Shown: positions 13,140 through 25,080 of the stretch, in pieces
How positions within the stretch are numbered: the stretch's first letter is position 1
Layout: the number at the start of each line of letters is the position of its first letter
NCBI GenBank assembly: GCA_009103225.1
Contig: RHPI01002119.1
Coordinates: 310,001-374,000, forward strand
DNA length: 64,000 nt
Reading direction: 5' to 3'
Origin: Chlorokybus atmophyticus
Taxonomy: Eukaryota; Plantae; Mesostigma and Chlorokybus algae
The notes under the pieces: generated by a model
Database searches by the model: none
What the model saw: the letters and a program-made list of their open reading frames with translations, nothing else
What the model was told of the DNA's origin: nothing
Made by a program: the position numbers and the translations under genes

Positions 13140-13452
13140 GGTGTCATAGCTATAGCGCTTTCAAGCTTAACGCAATCCAATTAAAGTACCTACACGCATG
13201 ACATAAACTCAAGTAAGCGCTATCAAGCATCAGCTGCGCTTCACGTCGAGAGCCCTGCTGCGCTTGACATGGTCGCTAAAGGGCAGGAGGCCAAACTTAA
13301 GCTGCGCACACCACCGTGGTTGCTCTCGCTGGTAGGTCCACGCCTTGAGCCCGATGCAGTCCACAAGTATTACACCTGCCCATACATGAACACAAACCCT
13401 GACATATATACGAGTTGTAGAAAATCCCCTGTGATGTACCACACGCGCTGTC

Positions 13453-13537
13453 TGTCACGAATTGGGATAAATTGTGACAGACCTCATGGTAGTGCCTTTT
13501 ACTACCATAGCCTAGTGGTTGGGCCCCGATTATTACA
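13453..13537 (+). mobile_element. Solo LTR of TRIM family 1
   Basis: TGTCACGAATTGGGATAAATTGTGACAGACCTC...ATTACA, homologous to 4561-4649. Perfect TSD CTGTC (13448-13452 / 13538-13542). Confidence 0.88.
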
Positions 13538-14725
13538 CTGTCGGTGGTGAGCTCGTGGAAGGAGGCCCTCAACATGCCGAATGTCTTTACTGTTAGTGGG
13601 AAAAACTTGTCACCTAGCACATGGTCATTGTCTTTATGACACTTGGCCAACTCAACAAGTGAAACGCTGATGATCGCTGCACTATACACACTACGTAGGA
13701 GAGAAGAGCAGAGTAGAGACATTAACCAAGATGCGGCACAACTTAAAGTGTGCAGCAAAACTTTACCCACCTGCATGAGATTGGTACACACATCATAATA
13801 GTTAAGGTTTGTAGACGTTGCTAAAGGAAGATGTGTACTACTCATTTTTAGCATATGACTTTACAAGTCACGTATTGCGTTGCAGAGCTCATGTATTCTT
13901 TGAAAGCATATCAAAATTTCAGGTTTTTAAACTGCTACAAACCTCGCAGAATTGGGAGTATTGCAATTTACATTTAGCTGCACACCAATTGTATATAAGT
14001 GTTACACTATGTCGAGGCATAAGTGTCGATGTGATAGTTTTTAATGCAAAAAGACAAGTCCCGCATTATTAGGAGCATTGCAATTACATTTCAAGCTGAA
14101 CACCAATTATGCGTAGACATTAATCCATATCAAGTCATAAGCGTTGATGTAGTATTCCTCAATGCACAATCACAATACCTATCACATTGTGTCAAGTATA
14201 TGCTGCTACTTCACATACCCAAGTGTTACATAACATACCCCATACACATGTTGCGGTACACATTCTGACTTGAACACAATCACATAACCACCAACATTCA
14301 AGCTTCAACACGATTAAACATCCAACCCCCAACTGGTTTTGCTAATGTGTATAATTATGCAGGTAATACCTACCTCTTCTGTGAAGTGTTTGCTGACATT
14401 CCAATCCAATGTTGTGACCCCGTGTCAACTTGTGCCTGACCAACCACCAGCACTGGTAGTAACCAAGCAGACAGCAACTCAATGACAATCACATCAAAAA
14501 TGAATGCCTGCATCAACCTCCTAATACTCTTATTGGTACAAATAGCAATATGTCACTGAGCCTGGGCATCAACTGCCTACCCTTATAGGCTGCAGCAAAG
14601 AATGTTTATGTACAGCACAGAACAGCACACTTTCCCTGTACACGCTGTGGTTGTAAGGGCAACTGTTCCTGTACATATATACAACTCATTAGTTCGTGCC
14701 ACAAATGGCTGTGCCAGAGAGTGGC

Positions 14726-15678
14726 CTAGTCCATGTTGAACAGGCCATCGAACACTTGATCCAGGACAGTGTCCAGCAACTTCACGGCTCTCATGCCAGT
14801 CAGCTGAGCTGCCGAGCCCAAGTCTTCCCTCAGTTGCAGTGCAAAGTTGAGGAAACTTGCTGAGCCACCAACGACCACTGGACATGACACAATGCAAGTC
14901 AGCCACAGTATGCATGGACGTAATTGTTGGGTGCTCTTGTGTAGCTGTAAGGGAAGCACATGTATACCTGGCAGTAAGGCTATGAACGTCAGCAGCTGCC
15001 AATTCACTTCAGAAAACACGCCATCACCAGTCAGCATCTCCATGACAAGAGCTGCAGTAAACCCTAGCTGCAACGAGGAAGGGCCTGTCAGGAGAAATGA
15101 ACAGCACACAAAGCTACTGAAGCAGACGACCAACAATTACAAATATACACATGCAAAACTTACCATGGCTGCTCGTCCAGCGATGCTTTCAAAGGTCTTA
15201 ATGGCTAGCCGCGCCTGCGCATCGGCGGCAAGTAACAGCACAAGGTGGCGGCCATCGGGAGTCCGTGGAGCTGGGAGAGCCAAGAGGGAGTTGCTGTAGT
15301 CCTGAACTGTGGGCTGAACAGGAAGGGGTCCGTGTGCAAACAACTCCAATGAACACAATCTAACAGCAAAAGATAAATCTCAGGTTGTAGCTTGGTTTGA
15401 CTTTTAACCGCAACAATTCCGGATATACACTGTGGAGTTCTAAAATACAACAGAGTGCACAACGAGCGTGTCAACGACTTGAGATGCAATCAGTATGCAT
15501 ACCTTGGCACTGGGGAGCCAGAGCGATCGTAGCGTTCAATCTGAGGAACAAGTGTAGGCCTGAGGATTGCTGTAGGTGGACGCCTTGGTGAGGGAGCCGT
15601 GCGGTTAGCAACTCTTGCAGAGCGCTGGTTAAGCGGCAGGGAGACCCCTAGCCACGGGCTGGCCAACAGCTTCGCCAT
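14726..15678 (-). CDS. SEP2: Stress-enhanced protein 2 (two-helix LHC-like protein)
   Basis: Transit-peptide-like exon MAKLLASPW..., then DYSNSLLALP, the LHC motif KTFESIAGRAAM/LGFTAALVMEMLTGDGVF, and C-terminal LDTVLDQVFDGLF as in plant SEP2. The junction between exons 1 and 2 needs a small extra exon or an alternative site to keep frame (unresolved). Confidence 0.85.
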
Positions 15679-15704
15679 TACTAACTGTAGTAGAATCCTC
15701 TCTG

Positions 15705-16048
15705 TCACACACGCGTCTCACTCTTGCGCTTCCCTGAACCTATGATCAAGCCGGTGTCTTGCGGGTCTGGCCTGGGGGTAACCTTGTCCACGTACACGAC
15801 CTTAGACTTGGCCTTTTCCTGCAGGAAGACAACAGGGTCGGCACACAGTAACTCAGAACACGTAATTCACTGTGGGTTGCTTCAAACTCTAACCCTCCAC
15901 CCACCAGCAGCTCTTTGCGCCGCCTCTCCTCCGGCTTCACCCACAAATAATAGGCAGCAACGCCCGCAGCAACCCAAGCACCAACGCTCTTACGCCCGCG
16001 CACTCCAAACACGTCCTTCAGGCTGTCTATACGCGCTCCCCAGCTCAT
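15705..16048 (-). CDS. Small (85 aa) single-TM conserved green-lineage protein, 2 exons
   Basis: Exon 16048-15905 (MSWGARIDSLKDVFGVRGRKSVGAWVAAGVAAYYLWVKPEERRRKELL), phase-0 GT-AG intron 15904-15819, exon 15818-15705 (EKAKSKVVYVDKVTPRPDPQDTGLIIGSGKRKSETRV*). Resembles, from memory, a plant family with W..AG..AY.LW.KP and P.PDPQ.TGLI.G motifs. Confidence 0.82.
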
Positions 16049-17132
16049 ACGCTCCTCAACCAGTTTACCGTCTCCTAGCACCACGCCTTATGCCGCCGCC
16101 CACGCCTGCAACAATGCTGCTCGCCTTCCCAATTGAACCGTCACATGGTACAATGAACTGAAGAAGGCGCAGCTAATACTTAAAGCAACCAGCTTTTTAG
16201 CCGATATCGATGGCTTGTGCTGTGGTACCTGGGCAAAACAGAGGGATGTCGAGAAGACAGCTGATGTCAAGTTGTGACGGGGAGTGGCGGGAAGCGCGCA
16301 AAAGGTAATCTAACGAATATGATGCGAGCAGACTCATAAGCGTTGGGCGTATCGGACGGTGCAGAACTCTGTAGTTTGTGCAATCGCTTTGATACGGCTT
16401 TCGGGCACTCTGTGTCGTGGCTGCGGCTTGCCGCAAGCTGTCAGCCACCCATGCCGACGTGGAAGCCGCCGGCGTAACAGCCCCTAACCGCCCGACGCGG
16501 GATAACTTCAACCGTCAGATTTATTTTGATCTGAAGGGTGTGAAGCTCTTACAATGGAGGGTGTCAATGGTGTCCACGGCTGGGAGACGTAAGGGGGCAA
16601 CAGTTGGCGGGCCCAAAAAGAAGTGCAAGGAAAAACAAAGAGCAGGTGAAAGGCAGGACGCTTTCAGCGGTTCAGTGTGCTGACTGCTGACACATCGAAC
16701 CGTCGGATCGCACGGCCAATGGGCTGTGATAGTGCCACGCAGGTGCGGCACAGTCAGACCGACTCGCGCGTAATGTGCATGAATTTTTCCACACTGTCCA
16801 GGGGCAGCAGCACAACGGGCGGGTGTCGCAGCAGCCACGTAAGCCTACGTTGCGCTGTGTACAAGCGCTGCGCCGCTGGGAGCTCAGCGCAGGCTTGTCA
16901 CAAGCCGCTTGTGTGATGCAGCTATCAAGTGTACCTTGACCCCCCCCCCCTCCCCCTGGGGAATTGCCCCATGGGGCCGGTATTCTTAGGAAGGCTGGTA
17001 GGAGTTGCAAGCAGGGTTTGCTGCAACGCGGCGCGCCCACGTCGTTAGTCGCGGCGCCGCCAGATGACTGTGTGCATCGCGCGGCGGCATGTACCATCGC
17101 TGTTCGATCTAGGTGATCGAATGGCCTGATGA

Positions 17133-17206
17133 CAGTCGACCGCAATGATTCTGGCGGTCGACTGCAAGTCGACCGCCAGAATCATTGCGGTCGACTGCAA
17201 GTCGAC
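17133..17206. repeat. Perfect ~30-bp inverted repeat built from GTCGAC-bounded units
   Basis: Core GTCGACCGCAATGATTCTGGCGGTCGAC-TGCAA-GTCGACCGCCAGAATCATTGCGGTCGAC; five GTCGAC sites at 17135, 17157, 17168, 17190 and 17201. Confidence 0.9.
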
Positions 17207-17756
17207 CGGCTTCATGTCACAATGCGACCGCTATTACCTGCAAACTTGTAATAAACAAGCCGTTTTGCTCCGGTTAATCATGAAACCGAGGGACAAAAAC
17301 TCCCCTCTTTATACCAATGGCTCACGTGCACTGGATGCGCATGAGCCGTAAAAGGTTTGATTATAGTAATTTTAATCAACATTATTGTGATTTTATTACT
17401 TTATTCTTATTATTATTATAAACATAATGGGCTATGTGCGGCACATATGCGCCTCAACAAATAGCCCTGTATAGCGTAATTGTCACGACTAGAAATTGTA
17501 AAATCTTAGTTGTTTCATTAAACAAGAATAATATTCTTTTGGTAATTGAACGTAATCTTCAACACTTTCAGCTCTACTTAACCTTGCACACATGCTTTAG
17601 ATATTTTGAGCTTGCCATAAACGCAAGTTTGAACTTGATTGCATTATGAGGCCACGGCCGAGGGCATTTTCCAACATACGAGATTTCAACGTTATTACTA
17701 TTTTACGATGTTTGATGTTCCCGATCCTTAACTTGGAGGCCATCCGTATGCCCGCG

Positions 17757-17758
<2 letters not shown>

Positions 17759-17791
<33 letters not shown>
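17759..17791. repeat. (CA)n microsatellite
   Basis: Direct reading. Confidence 0.95.
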
Positions 17792-17795
<4 letters not shown>

Positions 17796-19149
17796 TTGTT
17801 GGAGATTAATACAACAACAGCAATGCAGTAATTGCTTTATGTGATATGTATACACAAATGTCATACATAATATGTGGGTGTGGGTGGGTGGGTGATACCA
17901 CCAACCTGTGTGTGCGTGCACACGTGCTTGTGCATATGTGTGGTTCTGTTTGCGTGCGCTTCTGTGCATTATAACGTGCCTCTATGTGCGTGCATTGTCG
18001 CTGTAACTATGTGTGTGCGTGCAGTGCCCTGTGTGTACGCAGAAACATGTGTGCACTTTTGTGCGTGCATGCATGTGTGCAAGCACGTGCGAGAGGGCGC
18101 AGGGGCGGGGAAGGGATGCTGCTTATGCGTTTTACAAGCAAACGCATGGCACCCACCTGCGGGCCTGGTCGCTTCCCTGGCTTGCGCTTGGTCGGCTAGT
18201 GCTTGGGCCGGGTTGCCGCCCTCGCCTATCCTCATTTTTGCGCCGAGTTGACCACGACTCCGCCTGGTTACCTGGACTACGCCGGAACGCGCCACCTTGG
18301 CCTCACCGCTGCCACCGCCGCCGCCGCCACCGCCATCGCTGCTGGTGACATTGGTGCTGCGGGCACGTGAACTGGCACGTGCTAAGCTAGGTGATTGATC
18401 GGTCAAAAGATCAACGTGCCGGCACCTTGCCGGCTACCGTCGCAAGCCTTCCTCACCTTGCTAATTTTGCCCCACATTGCCCCACAGGGCCGAAATGGAC
18501 CGCTTTTCATATCCCCATAAAGCCCAGTCCTGTAAGGGGTCGGGTGCCCCACATTAGGGGGTGGGCTAGTGTCGCACAGCAAGCATCCCCCGATATGGCC
18601 CGGCAGTACTGGGCGCCGCCTAATTTGACCCCCATACATGCCCCGCTTTGTTCTCAGGGTGGGTGGGGGATGTATTGGGGTACACCTGTTCGTCGCAAAT
18701 TTTACATGGTGACTGACTAAGGACTGAGGGACTGACTGGTGCCTGAGCCTGCCTAAGCCTGCCTGTTGCTGCCTAAAATGTTACTTTTGGACAGTTGGGT
18801 TTACCATTGGCTTGAGTGGACCGACGCAGACGGCCGCGGGCCGAAAGTGGTTGTCAGTGGCACTAACCGGCCGAGAGTTGTCAACCGATTACCCTTTAAT
18901 TAATGTGCACAGACGGCCGTTAGCCGGGAGTTACGGACAGCTGACAGCAATAGCCGGCAGTTTCTTTGCCGTTACACTGCTGTTAATATGTGACCCTTAC
19001 CTTTTGACAAAAGTTGGCAATTCTTGCCGTAAGCCAACACTACCACGCCATGCATCTTGTACAAACCTTGGGTTGATTGTTTGGTCTTGCACCTATAAGC
19101 CCACAATATATACAATGTACCGGCAGTGGTGAGAGTATGTCCACTTGCA

Positions 19150-20135
19150 ACTGAGCATCCGACTTGCGCATGAAACTACCCTATAACATTGAGTCTAGCT
19201 GTCGCACTCATGCGCAGCTTGTCAACCCGTAGTGCCTGCCTCAGAACTCCTCCTCAAACCCCCTCCTCCCGTTCCTCCTCCGACAAGTCCTTTGCTTCAA
19301 CGTTGGAGTCATTTTCATCCGCTGCCTCGCTCGCTTAAAGAACAGCGGCTACCTCGTCCTTCAGCTTGAATGTCAGCGCCTCGCCGTGCACGCGCATGCG
19401 CTTGATGGTCGTGTTGCTTTGAGAGTGACCACCTGCATTTGTAATGCCGTAACAGTGGCGTGCTGCTGGAGGACTAGCCCATCAGCATACACATGCTTAC
19501 CTCGTCTTTCGTTTTGTTGCACTCCGCCAGGCAGACAGTTAGCCTGCCGCGCAACTCTCGGTTCACTCTGACCAACATGGCAATCTGCAAGCATACTGCT
19601 TAATTGCCGCTGGAAACATTACTAGGTCATGGATTACCCGTTCGTGGTACTCCGCAGCTTCTCTTTTGCGACTTGTGAGCTGACGCAAGTAGAAACAGGC
19701 TGTGCATTTGCGAGATTGGTCATGCTGTTCATGTGCATGACACTGGAGGCTGTACATGAGGGTGTGCATGTAGTATTGACAGTGTATGTCATGTGCAAGA
19801 TACTTGAGGCTGTGCATGTGCAAGATAGAAGAACCTTGGCATGTGCCATTGACAGTGCATCGTAACCCACCTTGGTTATGCCAGTCTTGTTTGATCCCTT
19901 TAATCATGTTGCCGTGGTCGCAGCTGCTGGTGGGTCGGATGTTCTTGGAGGCAGTATTGTGGTGCCTTTGCCCACTCGGAGGGGGAGCTCTGTAAGATAT
20001 CGCCCGAGTCACTGTTGTTATTGGGTGTGCCCTTGGTAGGCATGGTGGGGTTTGACACCAAGGACACCCCTCCGACACCCTGCCCGCCCTGTGCGAACAT
20101 GGAACTTCCTCTCGGACCTCGACCACAATGCCCAC
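19150..20135 (-). pseudogene. Degenerate accessory gene remnant divergent from the transposase
   Basis: Fragments YLRQLTSRKREAAEYHERVIHDLVMFP, an intron GTAAGC...CAG near 19500-19430, and GGHSQSNTTIKRMRVHGEALTFKLKDEV, with several stops. Confidence 0.35.
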
Positions 20136-20563
20136 TACGCCCCTGGCAGCGCCGCCAACGATCCACTAAAAGCCACATATCCTCGGCATTACGCCCATGT
20201 AAGGGCATAGCTTGGCGGAGCTATCAATGGTGTTTTCATGCGCAGGCACAGCACTTGTCAATGGTACGAACTGCTATTGCCACTGCACAAAGGTACCATT
20301 TCGATGGTATCTTTTGGCAAAGGCATCTTCGTACCATTGAAACGGCTCAATCAGGATATTTATGCAGAGACTCACCTTGGGCGTGCAATGGCTCGATTGT
20401 ACCATAGTAATGGTACGACGAAGCCAGTGAATGGCGGCCAAGTTTCCCGCATGTGGCATGCAAGGGTAGCGGTGGCGGTGGCGGCGGCGGCGGCGGCTGT
20501 GCGTGTTGCTGGATATGATGCAGGCTACATTGGCGACGCCTGTGTCAACGTCAGTAGTGAGAT

Positions 20564-23500
20564 ATGGGAGTCCTTTGTCCGTATTGTCACATGCGCTTCG
20601 CCACACGCAGCTCGGTCTACATGCACATTGTTAGCAGCAGGGTGTGCAAGCAAATCAAGCTGTACGTCGGCCAGCGTCCATTACAACACGATGCAGGTCA
20701 TGTTGAACCGGGGAGTTCGATTCAGGATGCGCACATGCTCGATGCTGAAGGATTCCTCCAAGAGACATACGCACAGCAGCAATAGGAGGAGGAGGAAGTG
20801 AACGAGGGCTTTCGATGTGTGCGTGTGCATGAGAAACCTGTGGCACGCCAACATGGAAGTGAAGGCGTCCCTTCGCACGCGTCGGAATCCAGGTGGTATG
20901 GCTCGAAGCATGCTCTTGCAATGGCATTCGTGCAGTGCAACAACGGCCAAGGCCTGTCGACCTCCGACATGGGGCGGTCATCAAGTGCATCCGGAATGCA
21001 CACTTTCTGATGGAAGAGCTCCAGTAAAAGACCGGTGTGCATGTGGCCAGCTACCTCCGGACCACAATTGCTTTCTCTCAGTCTGAGGTGTGTTCACGGT
21101 GTGCGGTGCATGTGCTTCAACCATTAGAGCCATATCCCATATGCACATGCGATTGTGCTGCCGTATCAGAACTACGTGACGGCTGACCTGCGCAAGCCTG
21201 GAGATCCTAAGGATCAGGATATCAGCGTCACATATATGCCGGCCAAGGTCTGCGAAATGCAGTATTAAATGCAGTATCTATTCTGAGGCCAGCATGTTTG
21301 TTATTGCTCTTGGTCGGAGCAGGTATGGCTCGCGCGGTTGTATGGCAATCCATATGCCGCTAATGGCTTCAATCTCCAGTACAGTGGTGATGAGCACAGC
21401 TTTGGCCATCCTTCCACGGGGGATTGGTGGAAGGATGTGGAGGTGGATCCGAGGAGAGAGGTGGGGGAAGCGTCCTACTTGGCGCCTGCCAGTCTGTACA
21501 GTGACAAGCCCACGCTGGACAGCGCGGGCAAGCGCTCTAGCTACCCTGTAATAGCATCGCTTGCCAACTACAGATGGGACATGTATGCTAGCAACATGGA
21601 GGTTGTTATGATAGCGCTTCTGCCGGTGGTTTACGCAGTGGCCGGGCATCCCACCTGGGCGCAGGGCAAAAATTCGCTTCAATTTGAAAACGTGAGATTT
21701 TTCATGACGCTTTGAATAGTAGTGTTAGGGGATGTGAAGCGGCCGAGCTGGGAAGGTCTGCAGCTCATCGACCTGAATGGCGTCGAGCGTCGTGTGTTTC
21801 CTGCGCTTGCCAACTACATCAGCAACTTGCAGGTAGTGGGTATACATGGTTGTAACCGGATGCAGCCTGCTGGCAAACAGTGCATGGAGGATGTTGTCGT
21901 AGAGCATCCGAGTTTGTCGTGTTGTAGGAGACTGCCACACTTGCACGCAGTGTGTCGGGCAACCAAATACGACCTCCTTGCGATGTTTGTCTCGTCACCA
22001 AATCAGATCTGTTGGAGATGGATGAGGACCGGGAATTGAGAACCGAGGCCTTCTACACACCAGCAATACGTCAGCTGCGAGCGGACCTACATAGCGGTGT
22101 TAAGAATGCACGCGAAACAGCCAAGGCTTTGAAAGAGCAGCACTTCATGCATGTCGAGGAGGTAATGGTCAAATTATCGGCATTCATGCGGATGAATGGC
22201 TTTCCGTGAAACCAGGCAATGTGGTTTGGCAACAGAATGCATTGTGGGGTTGGCGACAGTCGCGGGTGCCGAAAGCTGACTGCTACTCTCGTCTTGCCCC
22301 TGACGCAATGCATGTGCTGGGAGGCATCATTGACCACCTGCTTGCTGCTGTGTACGACGCTGCGAAAGAACGTATGCGTCCATCCACAAGACAGATTCTG
22401 CAGGCCAGGCACGTTTTTGGTGTTGCTTTTGTGTTAAACACAAGAGCCAACGACACGTGCTCGCAAGCAGATGTGCACAGGCTGAATGCATGCAAGGCGA
22501 CTTTACGGGTTTCGCACTTCAAGGCACCCACAAACACAGTAGATTTCTTCCTGTCCGACCACTCCTTTCAGGTGGTGGAGAAAGTGGCGGTGCTGCAGCT
22601 GCTGCCGGTCCTTGCAGACGGTTTGTTTGCTCGACAGTGAGGGCAACGATTTCTTCACCATTGCTGCCGCATCGCTTGCCCAGTGGAACAAGAAGTTGCT
22701 CAAGGCGCATGAACACACAACAGAAACCCTGACCACAACCGACAACGAGCTGGCTGCCTTCAAAGCTGCAATGTTGCATCCGCTAATGTCGTCATATTCT
22801 GCACAGAAGTCAGGTTGGAAGATCGAGAAGATGCATCAGCTCACTCATTTTGAGCCGGCAATTGTCAGCAGTGGACACCTAAATTGGTTCAGCGCCAACC
22901 GCATGGAGCAAACGCACACCCTAAATATTAAACGGTGGGCGCGTGGTGGCAACAACTGGGACTACCAGGCGCGTATCCTGAAGGCATGGAGCTGTGCGGA
23001 ATATGTGAGAGAGGATGGCATGGTCGTGGATATCGAGATGCGCTCGGTCATGGGGCAGGCGCGGCAGCAGTGCTGTAATGTAATTGAGAAGACGGACAAG
23101 TTGCTACGGATGGATGTGCTGACAAGGAGGGAGTTCAGCCCGTACTGGAGCGGATCTGCGCGTAGCCGCTAAGTCGCCCTGAAGACTCCATTCGCCGACA
23201 AGCTGCCTGCCACCCTGAACAACTGGTTGAGGAGGGAACAACTGGAGTTGGCCGACGGGTGACGTGCTGTTCGCGTAGTAAACGGTGGCGCAGCGGTGTA
23301 CATGACATTATGAGCCAGCATGGCGCGCGCAGCTGGGATGTTCCATGGGCGGCCTTGGTTCTCTACACTTGAGTTGGAAGATGATGAGGACGGTGTGAAC
23401 GTGACGTGGTGGGCTTTGGCACTCCTTTTTCTGCGCGTGGTGGTGTGGGGTGTTAGCGGCGAGCGCGTGTGGAAGGAGGTCGTGTTTGTCCGCTGGTACA

Positions 23501-23694
23501 CGAAGCTGGATGTGACGAGCGACACAAAGTGCATCGCTCTGAAATGGGAAAAGCGTCGAGGGGGTGCACATCTCGATGTCGTGACTCTGGAGCAAGTAAA
23601 AGGCATTGTCCAGCTGCTCCCCATGTTTGACAAGGACAGCGCCCGTGTACAAGAGGGCAAGTATTGGGTGAATGTTCACTGCACTTCCACGTGA
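20564..23694 (+). mobile_element. Plavaka-type transposase with N-terminal C2H2 finger (degenerate)
   Basis: CPYCHMRF...MH zinc finger; AFVQCNNGQGLS; STGDWWK...APASLYSDKPTLDSAGKRSSYPVIASLAN; ERRVFPALANY; CDVCLVTK; LAPDAMHVLGGIIDHL; C-terminal FHGRPWF...VFVRWY. Several stops and frameshifts. Confidence 0.8.
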
Positions 23695-23890
23695 CACGTG
23701 TACTCGTCTCACTACTCTGAGTTTGGAGCATATCAGCCAGTTAGGCGTTGCTAATCGTATGCTAGGACTTTTGCATGTGGATGGGTACAATACCGGGCAG
23801 CTGTCATTGCACAACTGCCACCACAATCGAATGTGCCATGCAATAATCAGTCCGCCGTGTGGCATCCAGCATCAATATATTGCACATCAC

Positions 23891-24678
23891 TCAAGCCTCA
23901 TAATTCCATGACACAGGAGGGTAGTCACATCGCATATCTATTGTTTCAAGCATGAGACGCCCTATGCACTCCGCCATTGCGAGAGGAAATGCATTCGCTT
24001 TGGTAACGGCCGAGGTCATCGATGGCACTCCCAGCAATGCCGCCCCCTAGTGCTTGGAAGGCCATAAACCGAGTACATTTGCTGTGGCGCGTTTGATGTT
24101 ACGATTGTCTTCTTAGCGCTAGTGGACAGGTGCGGCGATAGCTATTCAACTGCCTTGCCCGCGTGCGAGCAGCGTGCAGGTGGGGTAGCTACCATTGGCT
24201 GTGTCTCAAACAGACGGTGTCGGAAAGTTGATAGGCCAAACATCGTGCCACAAAGGGGCAGATTGAGTCTGAATGAGGAAGCTGCTCCTGGCACATTCTC
24301 AATCACAAACTTGACCTGGCTTGCAAGCAGCAAACGTTGGACGAGCGGTATCATATCCTGGTGTCTCCAGAATGTGCCATGTGCCGCCCGTTGAGGTGCC
24401 GGGATAGCACCTGAATAGGCCTGGCACGGTGGAGTGGCCCAGATGAGCTCGTACTCGCTCAGCTCATACTCGCTCAGCTCTCTTGCACTCAGGGTGCATA
24501 CATCGCGGTGTATGAAGGGCAGCGGATACTCAGAGGAGGGACTTATGTCCATCCCGGTCACGTCAAAGCCTGCGTGGTATAGACTGACACTGGCACCGCC
24601 ACCGCCGCAGAATAGGTCGAGTGCCCTTGGTCTGCGTGTGCGTCCAAGCTTGTTGTCAGATGGCGTGTATGTGGTCAA
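23891..24678 (-). pseudogene. Phage/bacterial-type C5 cytosine DNA methyltransferase
   Basis: Motif I RALDLFCGGGG, catalytic motif IV ATPPCQAYS, motif VI VIENVPGA, then LCGTMFGL..RHRLFE. Premature stop at 24142; a frameshifted motif-X-like AMAECIGRL near 23950-23980. Confidence 0.9.
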
Positions 24679-24696
24679 GGCTGGCCGTGGTGCTGA

Positions 24697-25080
24697 CTAG
24701 GGATTAACAATAATACCGTCCGGGCTTACTTTGCGACTGACATTCTCCCCTCCGGCGCGCAGAACACGGCGTGCCCCGTCATCTGATGTGTACGCGAATA
24801 TGTTGTGCCCTTTCAAGTTGATGGTTTGTGGTCGATCACCGTCATCGAATACTATACGGTGCTGCCCTGCAAAGACATTTTCCATTGCACCATGCATATA
24901 TGATGCGTCCTCAATCTCGCACGCCATGAAGCGATGCTGACCTGACGCTTGCTTGAATGATTCCACAACGCCCGCATACCATTCCCCATCCAGCGGCCAA
25001 TGCACCATGACACTCACACCGATCAGCTGCTGGCATCCCAACTTAACTGCGTATCGCAGCCAATGCAGTGCGCTGTCCAA
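24697..25080 (-). CDS. Tudor domain, in frame with the methyltransferase
   Basis: LIGVSVMVHWPLDGEWYAGVVESF...GQHRIVFDDGD after splicing a 75-nt GT-AG intron (24941-24867). Separated from the MTase ORF only by an in-frame TAG at 24697-24699. Confidence 0.8.
   Translation of the reverse strand: MDSALHWLRYAVKLGCQQLIGVSVMVHWPLDGEWYAGVVESFKQASGQHRFMACEIEDASYMHGAMENVFAGQHRIVFDDGDRPQTINLKGHNIFAYTSDDGARRVLRAGGENVSRKVSPDGIIVNP

Noticed and set aside
13340-13640. SWIM/MULE-like fragment around the solo LTR
   Set aside because: Only a weak C..H resemblance after rejoining, with no transposase motifs.
17124-17200. Hammerhead ribozyme (CTGATGA followed by a long stem)
   Set aside because: The stem is followed by CAA rather than GAAA, and no stems I/III were found.
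18861-18875. CACTA terminus (CACTAACCGGCCG) as the left TIR of the Plavaka element
   Set aside because: No matching reverse complement was found near the right end.
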